A stretch of 64,000 nucleotides of DNA from an uncultured bacterium (GCA_963825135.1 CAWGRW010000010.1:64001-128000), one strand, 5' to 3'. Positions 41,138-52,856 are shown, counted from the first letter of the stretch. Made by a program: numbers and translations. The notes: a model not told the origin generated them from the sequence alone.

Positions 41138-41677
41138 TCACAGCCAGTCAGACTGGCGGCTCGTCTTCTTTTTCTTCTTCTTCCCCTTCTGCTTATACCT
41201 CTCCTGCGCCTCTTTTATGGTCTGGAGCGCGGCCTCCTTGTTCCTCCACCCCTCGACGTGCACGTTCTTCTTCTCGAGCGTCTTGTAGGAGGCGAAGAAG
41301 TGCTCTATCTCCCGGAGCAGATGAGGCGGTATCTCGGTCAGCTTCTCGATGTGGCTCCAGTGCGGGTCGTCCACCGGCACGCAGAGTATCTTCTCGTCGG
41401 GCCCCTTCTCGTCCCCCATCATGAACATCCCTATGGGCTTCGACAATATTATGCACCCCGGGAACGTGGGCTCCCAGAGCAGCACGAGCGCGTCGAGCGG
41501 GTCGCCGTCCCCCCCGAGTGTGTCCTCTATGAACCCGTAATCACTCGGATAATGTACCGAAGCGTAGAGCAGGCGGTCGAACTTTATCCGCTTTTTTACC
41601 TTGTCGTACTCGTACTTGTTCCTCGACCCCTTGGTTATTTCCACCATGACTATTACTGTCTCGTTGTCCTTATCCAT
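41138..41677 (-). CDS. ppa: Inorganic pyrophosphatase (family I)
   Basis: VEITKGSRNKYEYD, YPSDYGFI, DGDPLDAL, DEKILCV, HFFASYK. Confidence 0.96.
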   Translation of the reverse strand: MDKDNETVIVMVEITKGSRNKYEYDKVKKRIKFDRLLYASVHYPSDYGFIEDTLGGDGDPLDALVLLWEPTFPGCIILSKPIGMFMMGDEKGPDEKILCVPVDDPHWSHIEKLTEIPPHLLREIEHFFASYKTLEKKNVHVEGWRNKEAALQTIKEAQERYKQKGKKKKKKTSRQSDWL

Positions 41678-41807
41678 GCCCGGCTCCCTTCACCTTGGGT
41701 TTTTATATTTGGAACATTATACAACGGTTTCAGGCAGGTGCGAAAAGACACATAGTGTCATTCCGCGATTCCACCGGCAATTCTCAACTTAATCCGGCGA
41801 CTCGCCA

Positions 41808-42515
41808 ATCCCGTTCACCCCGAGCGCACACGAAGTGTGCAGTCGAAGGGTGCGAAATTATTTCCCTCCCCCTCAATAGGAGGGGGAACGGTTGCAAGCA
41901 AGCGCGCAACTGGTCACTCTCTCAGCGAAGTCACCGAAGTACATTAACTTCCGGCTTTACGCTGCCTAAACCAAAACAGCAAGGGTGGGGGTGTACCTAG
42001 ATATGTAAACCCGTTCGTGCTGAGCTAGTCGAAGCACGTTACCGACATTACAGAATTTGCGGCGGGTGAGCACCCGCAGGCATGTGATCTCAACCATTCT
42101 TCCGCTCGACTACGGTCTGGTCAACTTCGAACAAGCGGGAGAGCACCAATCATTCTGATCACTCCTGAGCCGTCGAAGGGTGATTATTCCCGACATTACA
42201 GAATTTGCGTGAAGAAAATCGATTGTACGAGCGTTAAAAATCTTACGCGGGCTGGGGTGGAATTGGAAGATTTAGCGAGTACATGAGATTTTTAGCACAA
42301 TTCTGTAGTCGGATGATTTTTGCTTCTTTTCATCAAGGAAAAGAAGGATAAATAAAACAGCCTTTCACCGTTCTAGTCTTTTCATTATCTTTTCATAGAC
42401 CACTTTAGGCGCACGGTGTTTTCATAACCCACACTACGTGTGTTCATCAAGGAAAAGAAGGATAAAAAAAACAGCCTTTCACCTTTCTTGTCTTTCTCTT
42501 TACCTTTCCGAAATA
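41808..42515 (+). repeat. Mosaic palindromic repeat array
   Basis: Core at about 42190-42311. Confidence 0.9.
41887..41980 (+). mobile_element. About 90-nt nested insert, type D
   Basis: AAC-(G/A)GTTGC-aagcaagcgc-GCAACT-GGTCAC plus tail; also at 44061, truncated at 5448; empty sites at e.g. 36716 and 62455. Confidence 0.65.
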
Positions 42516-42547
42516 CACGCAGCGGTGCGGAAATTACATCTTCCCCC

Positions 42548-43612
42548 TCATATCCACTTCTTCCTCCTGAAATAATAGACCATCCCGAGCGCGATAATCA
42601 GCATCAGAGCAATCACCCCCGGGTATGCCAGGTGGTGGTGGAGCTCGGGCATGTTCTCGAAGTTCATCCCGTAAACTCCCGCTACGAACGTGATCGGAAT
42701 AAATATCGAAGCCATCACGGTGAGCACCTTCATCACCTCGTTCATCCGGTTGCTCGAGAGCGACAGATACGTCTCCAGCATCCCCGTTATCATCTCCCTG
42801 TACGAATCGGTAGTGTCCATTATCTGCATCGCGTGGTCGTAGAGGTCGCGTATGTATAGCTTCGTGTTGCGGTCGATCAGCGGCGACTCCGAGATCTGGA
42901 ATTTATGGACTAGCTCCCGGAGCGGGAACGTATATTTCCTCAGAAGCACGAGCTCCCTCTTGAGTCCGTAAATGTCCCGGAGCGTCTCCGCGCTCGGGTC
43001 TTCGAGCAGCTCGTCTTCTATCTGCTCTATAAGCTCGCCTATTTCCTCGAGCGCGATGAAATAATTATCGACGACGGCGTCCGTAAGCGTATATGCGAGA
43101 TAATCGGCTCCGGCTTTTCGTATCCGCCCCTTCCCCGACCTTATCCTCTCGCGGATCGTCTCGAACACGTCCCCGTCCCCTTCCTGGAAGGATATGACGG
43201 TATTTTTACACAGGAGCATGCTCACCTGCTCGGCGTCTATCCTGCCCGTCTCCTTATCCACGAGGATCATCTTGAGGATGATAAAGATATAGTCCACGTA
43301 ATCGTCGAGCTCGGGGCGCTTATCCGTGTCGAGTATGTCTTCGAGCACCAGCGAATGTATGCCGAAGTGCTCCCCTATCCTGCCGATTATCGCCGTATCG
43401 TGGATTCCGTTCACGTTGATCCAGGTGACGGTCTGCCTGTCGGCGTATTCGAGGCACTCGTCCACGCTCCCGTATTCCCTCTCGAGGAACATCTCCTGGT
43501 CGTAGTCCATGACCGTAAGCCTGACCCTATCGACCTTCCTCTCGCCGACGTGTATGAGGGTGCCCGGATGGAGGCCCTGTTTCATCGCCGCTTTTTTCTT
43601 TGGTTCCGACAT
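42548..43612 (-). CDS. corA: Magnesium/cobalt transporter CorA
   Basis: GLHPGTLIHVG, LEDI, MNEVMKVLT, YGMNFENMPEL. Confidence 0.96.
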   Translation of the reverse strand: MSEPKKKAAMKQGLHPGTLIHVGERKVDRVRLTVMDYDQEMFLEREYGSVDECLEYADRQTVTWINVNGIHDTAIIGRIGEHFGIHSLVLEDILDTDKRPELDDYVDYIFIILKMILVDKETGRIDAEQVSMLLCKNTVISFQEGDGDVFETIRERIRSGKGRIRKAGADYLAYTLTDAVVDNYFIALEEIGELIEQIEDELLEDPSAETLRDIYGLKRELVLLRKYTFPLRELVHKFQISESPLIDRNTKLYIRDLYDHAMQIMDTTDSYREMITGMLETYLSLSSNRMNEVMKVLTVMASIFIPITFVAGVYGMNFENMPELHHHLAYPGVIALMLIIALGMVYYFRRKKWI

Positions 43613-43784
43613 ATAGTTTCCGGCCCCGCCTGTGTCGAGCGCAGGGGCCGCTCCACGGGGATTAGTTTATTCGCAACCGCGTCCCCGGACAAGTCCCAGA
43701 TACGGCCTTCACGTTCTCATGTCTGATACGCTCTTTCCGGCGTTATGGATACAATGCCGGAAACCGCTCCCGCTATCACGAGCG

Positions 43785-44965
43785 TCGTTGCGAGGTCCCT
43801 GCGGAACCGCGCCAATCTCGTCTTTCCTTCCCGACATTACAGAATTTGCGGCGGGTGAGCACCCGCGGGCATACGATCTCTAGCATCTCCAATCCTGTCA
43901 TTTCGAGCAGCGCGAGAAATCTATCTTTCCCTTTTAATTTCCCCCTTAGAAAAAGGGGGACTAAGGGGGATTTAGTCGTTAAACCGTTCACCCTGGGCGC
44001 ACACGAAGTGTGCTGTCGAAGGGTGCTTCCTTTAATTCCCTCCCCCTCAATAGGAGGGGGAACAGTTGCAAGCAAGCGCGCAACTGGTCACTCTCTCAGC
44101 GAAGTCACCGAAGTACATTAACTTCCGGCTTTACGCTGCCTAAACCAAAACAGCACGGGTGGGGGTGTACATCAATCTTTTTGTCATTGTGAGCGTAACG
44201 AACGAATGCGAGAGAAGCGAGGCAATCTCGTCTTTTCCTTCCCGACATTACAGAATTTGCGTTAAGAAAATCGATTGTACGAGCGTTAAGAATCTTTGGG
44301 CAGTCGAATCGGAAGATTTAGCGAGTACATGAGATTTTTAGCACAATTCTGTAGTCGGATGATTTTTGCTTCTTTTCATCAAGGAAAAGAAGAATAAGAA
44401 GAACCGTCCTCTGGCAGATTGCATTCAAGCTGCTGTGCATGGGACGAACCTCCAAATAAAATCCGCAAAGAAGCGAAGCAATCTCGCCTTTCCTTCCCGA
44501 CATTACAGAATTTGCGGCGGTCACCACAACGCGGGCATATCATCTGCGAGACTTCGCGCAACCAGCGCGGCCCAACCCGTCCGTCTGAGCTGTCGATGCT
44601 CATTCCCGACATTACAGAATTTGCGTATAGAAAATCGATTGTACGAGCGTTAAAAATCTTACGCGGAACGAATGCAAGCGAGCGCGCATTCGGACGCCCT
44701 CTCCTATCCGCACGACGTTAGTTAGCCACGGACATCACTAAACCATTGCTCCGATGGGGTGGAATCGGAAGATTTAGCGAGTACATGAGATTTTTAGCAC
44801 AATTATGTAGTCGGATGATTTTTGCTTCTTTTCATCAAGGAAAAGAAGGATAAAAAAAATATCCTTTCACCTTTCTAGTCTTTTCATTATCTTTTCATAG
44901 ACCACTTTAGGTGTACGGTGTTTTCACAAACCACACTACGTGTGTTCACCAAGGAAAAGAAGAAG
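43785..44965 (+). repeat. Mosaic palindromic repeat array
   Basis: Cores near 44242 and 44606; inserts D, partial A and B. Confidence 0.9.
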
Positions 44966-45039
44966 ATATATCATGCCTGTCCTTTGCCTTTGTCTTGTCC
45001 TTCCGAAGGAGCCGGCTCCGGCGATCGGGACCCCCCTCC

Positions 45040-46134
45040 TCACGTGTGCAAAAGCCCCAGTATCCCCGCCCCCAGCACAGGGGAGCAGGACGCGTGCTTC
45101 ATTACCATGTGACAGAGGCGCGGGCGGAAAAGCACCTTCCTCAGCATCTCCGCCGTCAGGAGCCGCGTCCTGTTGAGGCTCCTCTTGAGGTCGTAAGTCC
45201 GTCGCTCCCTCCCGAGCTCCAGGTTCTCTCCGATATACCTCCCGCCTTGTAGCGCGAGGCTGATGCCCAGGCCCGTGAACGGGTCTACAATCCCCGACGC
45301 GTCCCCGATGTTCCACACCCCGGGGAACGACCCCCTCCGCCTCGCGAAAATGCCCCCCATCGCCTCCCACTTGCCTACGGGCGCGGCCGACGACAATTTC
45401 TCGCGCACCGGATGGGAGACGGGCAATACGCCCTTCAGTATATCGAGCGGGTGTCCGTCCATTAGCGACGCCTGGTCCTTCCGTATCTGAAACGCCAGAT
45501 TGACGACGCCGTCCTCGATATCGACGAGCCCGCCGTATCCGCCGTCGTAAAAAAAGATCTCGGCGGCGTCACCGCAGGAGATACCCCTCAGGTGTATCTT
45601 GAACGCGTAGATGAACTCCCTGCACTTTTTATCCTTGTATCCGATCCCCTTCAGTCCGGACGCGTTTATCACCGCCTTTGACCGGAACGTCTCCCTCTTC
45701 TCCGATTCGTTGTACGCTCCTTCGACGCGGAATAGTCCCGTTTTCGGCTCTCTCTCGATATTATCGACTCTAAACCCCTCCACCCCGAGAGCCCCCTCGC
45801 CCCGCGCCTCCCCGAAGAGCGCCGTGTCGAGCACCTCCCTGCTCATGGCGACCCCGTATTCCTCACCGGGGAATCCGAGTTCCATATGCGCCCCGCCGGG
45901 CGAGTAGAAGATTATCCTCCTCACCCTGTTCGCTCCGGCGGCCTCTATCTTCTCGAGCACGCCCAGCCGCCCGAGCTCCTTCACGCCGAGAGGGGCCACC
46001 ATCTCCCCGCATACCTTGCTCCTGGGCATGAACCTCTTCTCGAGCACGGTCACGCCGAACCCGCGCCTCCTGAATGAAATCGCGCTTGCCGAGCCGCCCG
46101 GCCCGGCCCCTATAACGATTACATCGGTTTTCAT
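45040..46134 (-). CDS. FAD-dependent oxidoreductase (geranylgeranyl reductase-like)
   Basis: VIGAGPGG, PRSKVCGE, IGDASGIVDPFTGLGI. Confidence 0.88.
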   Translation of the reverse strand: MKTDVIVIGAGPGGSASAISFRRRGFGVTVLEKRFMPRSKVCGEMVAPLGVKELGRLGVLEKIEAAGANRVRRIIFYSPGGAHMELGFPGEEYGVAMSREVLDTALFGEARGEGALGVEGFRVDNIEREPKTGLFRVEGAYNESEKRETFRSKAVINASGLKGIGYKDKKCREFIYAFKIHLRGISCGDAAEIFFYDGGYGGLVDIEDGVVNLAFQIRKDQASLMDGHPLDILKGVLPVSHPVREKLSSAAPVGKWEAMGGIFARRRGSFPGVWNIGDASGIVDPFTGLGISLALQGGRYIGENLELGRERRTYDLKRSLNRTRLLTAEMLRKVLFRPRLCHMVMKHASCSPVLGAGILGLLHT

Positions 46135-46193
46135 GTTTGACCTCGTCGGAGTTTGATTTTGTGGGTTGTATTGTTTCAGGGCTCCGGGACCGG

Positions 46194-46895
46194 CTACTGC
46201 ACGGGAGCGCCCTGCTTCAGGTCTTCGTACAGGTCGAATTTCACGTCGACTATATTATCGACCTTGATCATCGCCATGAGAGGCTCGGGCTTGACGCCGT
46301 ACTCGCTCATGTCGAGGTTGTCGTATTCCCCCGTGAGGTGCAGAAACCCGTCCTTTACGTCCGTATCGACTGTAACCACGACGGGCTTCGTAACGTTATG
46401 GATGGTGAGGTCCCCCTTGAGCAGATAGATTCGTTTCGAGGGTTGGGAGGGATCGGCCGTATCGGCTTCCTCAGGCAGTATCTGCGTCATCCTGAACGTA
46501 ATGTCCGGGTATTTGCCGGATTCGAGGTTCAGGTGGATGTTCTTCGACAGATCGCTCTTTTCCGAGCCGAGCGCGATGCCCTTGAGGGAATCCACGGGCA
46601 CGGTTATCTCCGCCCCGGCCGTCGTCCGGGGGTCTCCGAAGTTCACCCTCGTAAATCCCGAGGGCTCGTGAGACACGCCGTGGAAGTGGTGCATGAGCGA
46701 GGTCCCTATGAACTCCACCGTGCTCTTGCCCCCGACCACCTCGAATTCCATAACCGAGCCGCTACCGAATATATCGGGCGTGAGGCTGCCCTTCCGGGCG
46801 TCCGTCTCTTCGGGCGCGGGGACGGCGGCGCGCGGTATAAAAGCCACGAGCAATGCCGCCGACAAAATAACTGCTGCGTATGATTTTCTTCTCAT
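46194..46895 (-). CDS. YceI family lipid/polyisoprenoid-binding protein
   Basis: Signal peptide, KYPDITF, GDLTIHNVTKPV, YGVKP. Confidence 0.88.
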   Translation of the reverse strand: MRRKSYAAVILSAALLVAFIPRAAVPAPEETDARKGSLTPDIFGSGSVMEFEVVGGKSTVEFIGTSLMHHFHGVSHEPSGFTRVNFGDPRTTAGAEITVPVDSLKGIALGSEKSDLSKNIHLNLESGKYPDITFRMTQILPEEADTADPSQPSKRIYLLKGDLTIHNVTKPVVVTVDTDVKDGFLHLTGEYDNLDMSEYGVKPEPLMAMIKVDNIVDVKFDLYEDLKQGAPVQ

Positions 46896-46956
46896 GATAT
46901 CCTCTCTGTTCAGTATCTGTTTTCAGTAATCGTCGGCCGCGCCGGCGGCCCCCGGC

Positions 46957-48360
46957 TCACATGCTCATCGCGCGCCTTGCCATTAGGAGCGCTTCCGTCC
47001 AGAACGAAGCCTTCGTGTGGACGGTCTCGAGCACGTCCTTAACGCCCGCGACGAACTGCTCGATCTCCTGGTCGTTTACGACGAGCGGCGGGGCCACCTT
47101 CAGCACCATGTGGTTGTTGCCGCAGATCTGGGTAAGGATGTTCTTCTCCCTGAAGAGGCGCATTACGACGATCATGCCGAACATTCCCGGGTGTATCTTC
47201 CTGAACATCTCGTGCGGGATTTTGAGTCTCAGGCGCTTGGGCTCGGCGAACTCGATCCCGTTTAAGAGCCCGAGGCCGTTTATGCCGCGCACCATCTCGT
47301 AATCCCACGATACCTCTTCGAGCTTCTTCCTCAGGTACTCCCCGAGCACGAGCGCCCGCCCGCCGAGCCTCTCGTCCCTCATGACGTCGAGGGTCGCGAG
47401 CCCCGCCCGCATGGCGAGGTTGTTCTCCCCGAACGTCGAGGCGTGGACGAATGCGCGCGCGACCGAGCTGAAGACGGACCGGCTGATCTCGTCCGTCATC
47501 AGCACCGCGCCGCACGGGACGAACCCGCCGCTGAGCGCCTTGGCCAGCACGACCATGTCCGGGTCGAGCCCCCAGTGCTGGGCCGCGAGGAAAGGCCCTG
47601 TTCTGTAAATTCCAGTCTGCACCTCGTCGAGCACGAAGAGCGTCCCGTACTTCCGGCACAGGGTTTGGGCGTCCTTCAGATACCCGTCCGGGGGGACGCG
47701 GATGCCCGCCTCCGCCTGCACGGGCTCTACTATGAACGCAGCGAAACGTTTGCTCCTGAGCTTATCCTCGAGCGCTTCGAGGTCGAGGAACGGCACTCCC
47801 TCCGTATCCGGCAGGAGCGGCCCGAACCCTTTCGTCCAGTACTCGCCGTCCATGAGCGACAGAGCGCCGCAGGTAAGCCCGTGGAACGCCCCCTCGCAGT
47901 AGAGAATGCCCGGCCTGTTCGTATGGGCGCGGGAGAACTTTATGACCGTCTCCACTCCCTCGCTCCCCGAGCTCGTGAAGAACACCTTGTTGAGCCGCCC
48001 GCCCGCGAGCGCGCACAGGCGCGAGGCCAGCTCCGCGGCGAGGCCGGGCACGTGGCTCTGGAGCATGGTCGCTCCCCCCCGCGCGAGCTCGTCGGCCAGC
48101 GCCTCTATGATGCGGGGATGGTTGTGTCCCGCGTTATAGACGCAGTAGCCCGACAGGAAGTCGATTATCCTCCTGCCGTCCCTCGTCAGGAGCTCCGCCC
48201 CCCGGCAGGATTCGTAACTCACGTTCATACCGAGTGTGTTGTAGAGCTTCACCCACTGCGGGTTAACGTGTCTTGAATATAGTACGTCCGTGCTTTCTCC
48301 CGAGGGGGCGTCGTTATAGCCCTCCTCCGCTACCGTAAGGCCCGCGCTGTTGATGCTCAT
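46957..48360 (-). CDS. Class III PLP aminotransferase (ArgD/HpnO-like)
   Basis: DFLSGYC, SSGSEGVE, FHGLT, LDEVQTG, LAKALSGG. Confidence 0.9.
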   Translation of the reverse strand: MSINSAGLTVAEEGYNDAPSGESTDVLYSRHVNPQWVKLYNTLGMNVSYESCRGAELLTRDGRRIIDFLSGYCVYNAGHNHPRIIEALADELARGGATMLQSHVPGLAAELASRLCALAGGRLNKVFFTSSGSEGVETVIKFSRAHTNRPGILYCEGAFHGLTCGALSLMDGEYWTKGFGPLLPDTEGVPFLDLEALEDKLRSKRFAAFIVEPVQAEAGIRVPPDGYLKDAQTLCRKYGTLFVLDEVQTGIYRTGPFLAAQHWGLDPDMVVLAKALSGGFVPCGAVLMTDEISRSVFSSVARAFVHASTFGENNLAMRAGLATLDVMRDERLGGRALVLGEYLRKKLEEVSWDYEMVRGINGLGLLNGIEFAEPKRLRLKIPHEMFRKIHPGMFGMIVVMRLFREKNILTQICGNNHMVLKVAPPLVVNDQEIEQFVAGVKDVLETVHTKASFWTEALLMARRAMSM

Positions 48361-48378
48361 GATCCGTCTCCTTGTCGA

Positions 48379-49458
48379 TTATTTCCATTTTGTGATTACA
48401 GTATCGAGCCCGAACCCCGGTCCCACGGCCCCCACCAGCTGATACGAGCCGCTCTTCTTCGCTTCACCGCGCATATACGAGTCGATGATAAAATATATCG
48501 TCGCCGACGAGAGGTTCCCGTAGTCCCTCAGGACGGAGGCGCTGTCCGCGAGTTTCCCCGCGTCTATACCGCACCCCTTTTCTATGGACTTCAGAATGCG
48601 CGCCCCGCCCGGGTGGAACAGCCACGCGTCTATGTCGCCCGTCTCCAGGCCGGCAGCCGCCAGCACCGACTCCGCCTGCGGGCCTATGTTGTTCTCGATG
48701 AACTTCGAGATCCGCGGGGACAGGAATATGTGGAACCCGGTCTTCTCGACGTCGTATCCCATGAATTCGATAGTCCCCGGAAAGAACCTGCTCTCCGTCC
48801 TTACGATGTGAAGCCCTCCCTCGTCCCGGCTCCCCTCGACTATCGCCGCCGCGGCCCCGTCTCCGAATATCGCGGTCGAAATTATGTGGTCCGTGCTCTT
48901 GTCGGTGGGCTGCATGTTGAGCGTGCACAGCTCGACCGTGAGGATGAGCACCTTCGCCTCCGGATACGCGCGGATGTAATCGCCCGCCATTATCAGCGCG
49001 CTCACTCCGGCCGCGCACCCGAGCTCCGTCACAGGGAGCCTCCTGACGTTGTTCTTGAAAGGGAAGCGGTTCATGAGGTACGCGTCGAGCGCGGGTATCA
49101 TGAAGCCCGTGCACGAGACGGTGATGAACAGGTCTATTTCGTAGGACTTGATCCCGGTCTCCTCGAACACGCCCTTGAGCGCTTTTTCCCCGAGGACCCT
49201 GGCGTGCTTGCTGTAGAGGGCGTTTCGCTCCGGGAAGTCCTTCTCCCTGAGCATCTCCTCGACGGGGATGACGCTGTACCGCTTGCTTACGCCCGCGTTC
49301 TGAAAAACCTGGACCGTCCTCGCGACCGAAAGCTCCGGAGCGCCGCCCGAGGACAGCCATGTCTTGGCCGCCTCTATAGCGAAGTCCTGCCCGAAGCCGT
49401 AAGACGGCACTACTGTGGATATGCCCGCGATCCTCGGCTGTGTAGTCGAATCGTTCAT
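48379..49458 (-). CDS. Type III polyketide synthase
   Basis: Catalytic triad ELGCAAG / HPGG / YGNLSS, plus SCTG and VELCT. Confidence 0.93.
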   Translation of the reverse strand: MNDSTTQPRIAGISTVVPSYGFGQDFAIEAAKTWLSSGGAPELSVARTVQVFQNAGVSKRYSVIPVEEMLREKDFPERNALYSKHARVLGEKALKGVFEETGIKSYEIDLFITVSCTGFMIPALDAYLMNRFPFKNNVRRLPVTELGCAAGVSALIMAGDYIRAYPEAKVLILTVELCTLNMQPTDKSTDHIISTAIFGDGAAAAIVEGSRDEGGLHIVRTESRFFPGTIEFMGYDVEKTGFHIFLSPRISKFIENNIGPQAESVLAAAGLETGDIDAWLFHPGGARILKSIEKGCGIDAGKLADSASVLRDYGNLSSATIYFIIDSYMRGEAKKSGSYQLVGAVGPGFGLDTVITKWK

Positions 49459-49803
49459 GTATGTGTCCCTCGGTTGATTGATTGTGATCGGATGGCCGGC
49501 GTGCGGTATTTCGTTGCCGAAGACTGATGAGGTTGTATTATCTGCCTGTCTCAAGTTAAGCCCGCTACTTAATTATGCCTAACAATATAAAGTAAACAGC
49601 TTAATTTGTCGAGGGTTAATTTTTAGGATCGGATTATCCGCAAATCAGGATAGCGCAGAAGCCGCTGAATTCTGTAACGCAGCGCGTCATGCGTGCCGGT
49701 GAACTGCCTGTGGTCATTGAGGAATTATTATGCGGGAAAAGGTCCCCGGCCGGGAACGGTCTTGCGGGCAAAACGGAACATACATATGTGTAATTTCCGA
49801 TCA

Positions 49804-49821
49804 TAAGTAAGTGCTTACTTA
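49804..49821. promoter_or_regulatory. Palindromic operator, TetR-like
   Basis: TAAGTAAG-TG-CTTACTTA perfect inverted repeat upstream of the PKS operon. Confidence 0.55.
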
Positions 49822-49933
49822 CTCTAGCATATAAAATTCGACTTACAACAATTATTTTCAGCTGACAATATTTTCCATTTATTTAAGTGAAACTATGTAT
49901 GTGAACATATATATATAGTGCTGCACCGAATCC

Positions 49934-50790
49934 GCGGCACACACACGCACGTAGTGCGTTTCTACGATTCCATCAGACTTCCTTAGCTCAACCCGGCAAT
50001 CATAGCGTTTTCGTACTTCAGCGGCGACACGCCGCCCCCTTCACCCTGAGCGCACACGAAGTGTGCTGTCGAAGGGCGCATTATCCGTCATTTCGAGCTG
50101 AAGGCGAGAAATCTATCTTTTACCTTTGCTTTTGTTTTTCCCCGACATTACAGAATTTGCGTCAAGAAAATCGATTGTACGAGCGTTAAGAATCTTACGT
50201 GGGATGGGGTGGGATCGGAAGATTTAGCGAGTACATGAGATTTTTAGCAAATTATGTAGTCGGATGATTTTTGCTTCTTTTCATCAAGGAAAAGAAGATA
50301 ATAAAACAACCTTTACCGTCTTTGCTTTTTCTGTGTCTTTTCGAAAGTTCACAGCAGAACCGTGTGTCTCTACCGATTCTTCCGTGACTCCTCAGCTCAA
50401 CCAACAAGCGAAGCCAAACCCGTTCGTGCTGAGCTAGTCGAAGCACGTTACCGACATTACAGAATTTGCGTATAGAAAATCGATTGTACGAGCGTTAAGA
50501 ATCTTACGTGGGCTGGGGTGGAATCGGAAGATTTAGCGAGTACATGAGATTTTTAGCAAATTATGTAGTCGGATGATTTTTGCTTCTTTTCATCAAGGAA
50601 AAGAAGGATAAATAAAACAGCCTATCACCTTTCTTTGTCTTTTCAGTGTCTTTTCGAGAACCACACTACGTGTGTTCATCAAGGAAAAGAAGGATAAAAA
50701 AATATCCTTTCACCTTTCTTTGTCATTTCGAAAAATCACATTACGTTTGTGTCGCGGCTGGAAGCCGCTCCTACAGGGTTTGTCATCGCC
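49934..50790 (+). repeat. Mosaic palindromic repeat array
   Basis: Cores near 50142 and 50451. Confidence 0.9.
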
Positions 50791-51002
50791 AGCTGCATAG
50801 CAGTCCGGCAATTCCGCCATCTCCTCCCCCCCTCCCCTCCCCGCAAAATTCCCGCTTCCGCTTCCCCTTTTTTATGTCATACTATCTGCGAGAGAGAAGT
50901 TCCCGACAGGCAATCATCCGCAGATATCGTCAGGCGCTTCGCCTGACCGACCGGAATTCGAAATATCGTATAGTAATCGCGACACGCGCACAGGAGCGTT
51001 TT

Positions 51003-51911
51003 ATGAAAATAGTCGTACTATCGAGAAACCAGAAGCTATATTCCACGCGCCGTCTGGTCGAGGCCGCGGAGAAGTCGGGGCATGAGGTCGAAGTAATCGA
51101 CTTCCTTAAATGCTACATGGTCGTAAAGAGGGGTAACCCGGAGATCTACTACGACGGTAAGAAGCTCAAGAAAGTCGACGCCGTCATCCCGCGCGTGGGC
51201 GCGTCCCACACGTTTTACGGCACGGCTGTGGTGCGGCAGTTCGAGATGATGCACGTCTTCTCCGTAAACGAATCGCAGGCGATAGCGCGGTCCCGCGACA
51301 AGCTCCGGAGCATGCAGATACTCGCCCGCGCGGGTATAGGCATGCCCGTCACCGCGTTCGCCTCGGACCCCACGGACATCAACCACCTCATTGAGCTCGT
51401 CGGCGGCGCGCCCGTCGTCATAAAGCTCCTCCACGGCACGCAGGGCATCGGGGTCGTGCTCGCCGAGACGAAGAAGGCGGCGAAGTCGGTCATGGAGGCC
51501 TTCTACGGCGTCAAGGCGAACATGCTCATTCAGGAATTCATCAAGGAATCCAAGGGCTCGGACGTGAGGGCGTTCATCGTCGGCGGAGAGGTCATAGGCG
51601 CGATGAGGCGTCAGGGCCCCGAGGGCGAGTTCCGCTCGAACATACACAGGGGCGGGACGGCGAAGAATATCAAGCTCACCCGCCAGGAGCTGCGGACGGC
51701 GGTGAACGCGGCCAGGCTCCTCGGTCTCAACGTCGCGGGCGTGGACATGCTCCAGTCCTCGAAGGGCCCCATGGTGCTCGAGGTGAACTCCTCCCCGGGC
51801 CTCGAAGGCATCGAGGCCGCGACCGGCGTTGACGTGGCTACGAGGATCATTAAATTCATAGAAGAAAACGCGCACGACCGCAGCATGAGGCGGGACCGCA
51901 TAAAGGCGTAG
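51003..51911 (+). CDS. rimK: RimK family ATP-grasp glutamate ligase
   Basis: [57 protein letters not shown]. Confidence 0.95.
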   Translation: MKIVVLSRNQKLYSTRRLVEAAEKSGHEVEVIDFLKCYMVVKRGNPEIYYDGKKLKKVDAVIPRVGASHTFYGTAVVRQFEMMHVFSVNESQAIARSRDKLRSMQILARAGIGMPVTAFASDPTDINHLIELVGGAPVVIKLLHGTQGIGVVLAETKKAAKSVMEAFYGVKANMLIQEFIKESKGSDVRAFIVGGEVIGAMRRQGPEGEFRSNIHRGGTAKNIKLTRQELRTAVNAARLLGLNVAGVDMLQSSKGPMVLEVNSSPGLEGIEAATGVDVATRIIKFIEENAHDRSMRRDRIKA

Positions 51912-52856
51912 ATGAAAAAGGCGATAAGAATAAACGGCAGGGTGATCCCGAGGGGCGGCAGGGAGGTCTTCGGCATGGAGATAGAATCCGGCGCGAGAGC
52001 CGGAGCGCTCAGCCTGCCCGTATGCGTATTCCGGGGCGAGGAAGACGGCCCCGTGCTTCTCGTCACCGCCGGGCTCCACGGGGACGAGCTCAACGGTATA
52101 GAGGCGCTCAGGCGCATGATCTCGGACGGCTCGATCGAGCCCGACGCCGGCGCCGTAATCGCCCTGCCGATAGCAAACGTCTGGGGCTTTCTCAACTCCT
52201 CGCGCTTTCTCCCTGACGGCAAAGACCTCAACAGGGGCTTCCCCGGCTCGGTCCCGGGCTCGCTGTCGCAGAATATCGCGGGGGCGATAATGCGCCGCGT
52301 CCTCCCCCTGGCCGACTGCGGGCTAGACCTCCACTCGGGGGGCGAGAGCGAGAACTACCCGCACATACGGTGCGACACCTCCCACCCCGGCAACATGGAG
52401 CTCGCCCGCGCGTTCTCCCCTCCCTTCATTCTCAACTCTCCTCTCAGGGATGGCACTTTCAGGAAGGCCGCGTGGCAATCAGGCAAAAACGTGCTCGTCT
52501 ACGAGGGCGGAGAATCCCGGAGGCTCTCCGAGTTCGCCGTCTCCGAGTGCGTGAACGGCATACTCAGGATAATGGATCACCTCCGCATGACCGGCTCCGG
52601 CGCGCCCGAGAGGAACGAGACCAGAGTGATAGAGAAAAGCGCGTGGGTCAGGGCGAAACACAGGGGCGCATACTCCCCACGTCTTTCGTGCGGCGCGCGG
52701 GTAAGCAGGGGAGACATACTCGCCGACATAACCGGAGCGGACGGCGCGGGGCCTTCAGGCATAGCCGCGAAGGCAAGCGGATACGCCCTCTCGGTCAGGC
52801 CCGCGCAGGATATATGCAAAGACGATTTCCTCATCCACCTCGGCACACACGCATAG
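51912..52856 (+). CDS. Succinylglutamate desuccinylase/aspartoacylase family protein
   Basis: HGDELNG, DLNRGFPG, DLHSG, YEGGE; starts immediately after rimK. Confidence 0.9.
   Translation: MKKAIRINGRVIPRGGREVFGMEIESGARAGALSLPVCVFRGEEDGPVLLVTAGLHGDELNGIEALRRMISDGSIEPDAGAVIALPIANVWGFLNSSRFLPDGKDLNRGFPGSVPGSLSQNIAGAIMRRVLPLADCGLDLHSGGESENYPHIRCDTSHPGNMELARAFSPPFILNSPLRDGTFRKAAWQSGKNVLVYEGGESRRLSEFAVSECVNGILRIMDHLRMTGSGAPERNETRVIEKSAWVRAKHRGAYSPRLSCGARVSRGDILADITGADGAGPSGIAAKASGYALSVRPAQDICKDDFLIHLGTHA

Noticed and set aside
50646..51002. N-terminal extensions in the ORF track (rimK; also 17375-18604, 9402-10103, 25075, 15947-16657)
   Set aside because: The extensions run through repeat DNA, intergenic DNA or overlapping genes; downstream ATGs give family-typical N-termini or signal peptides.
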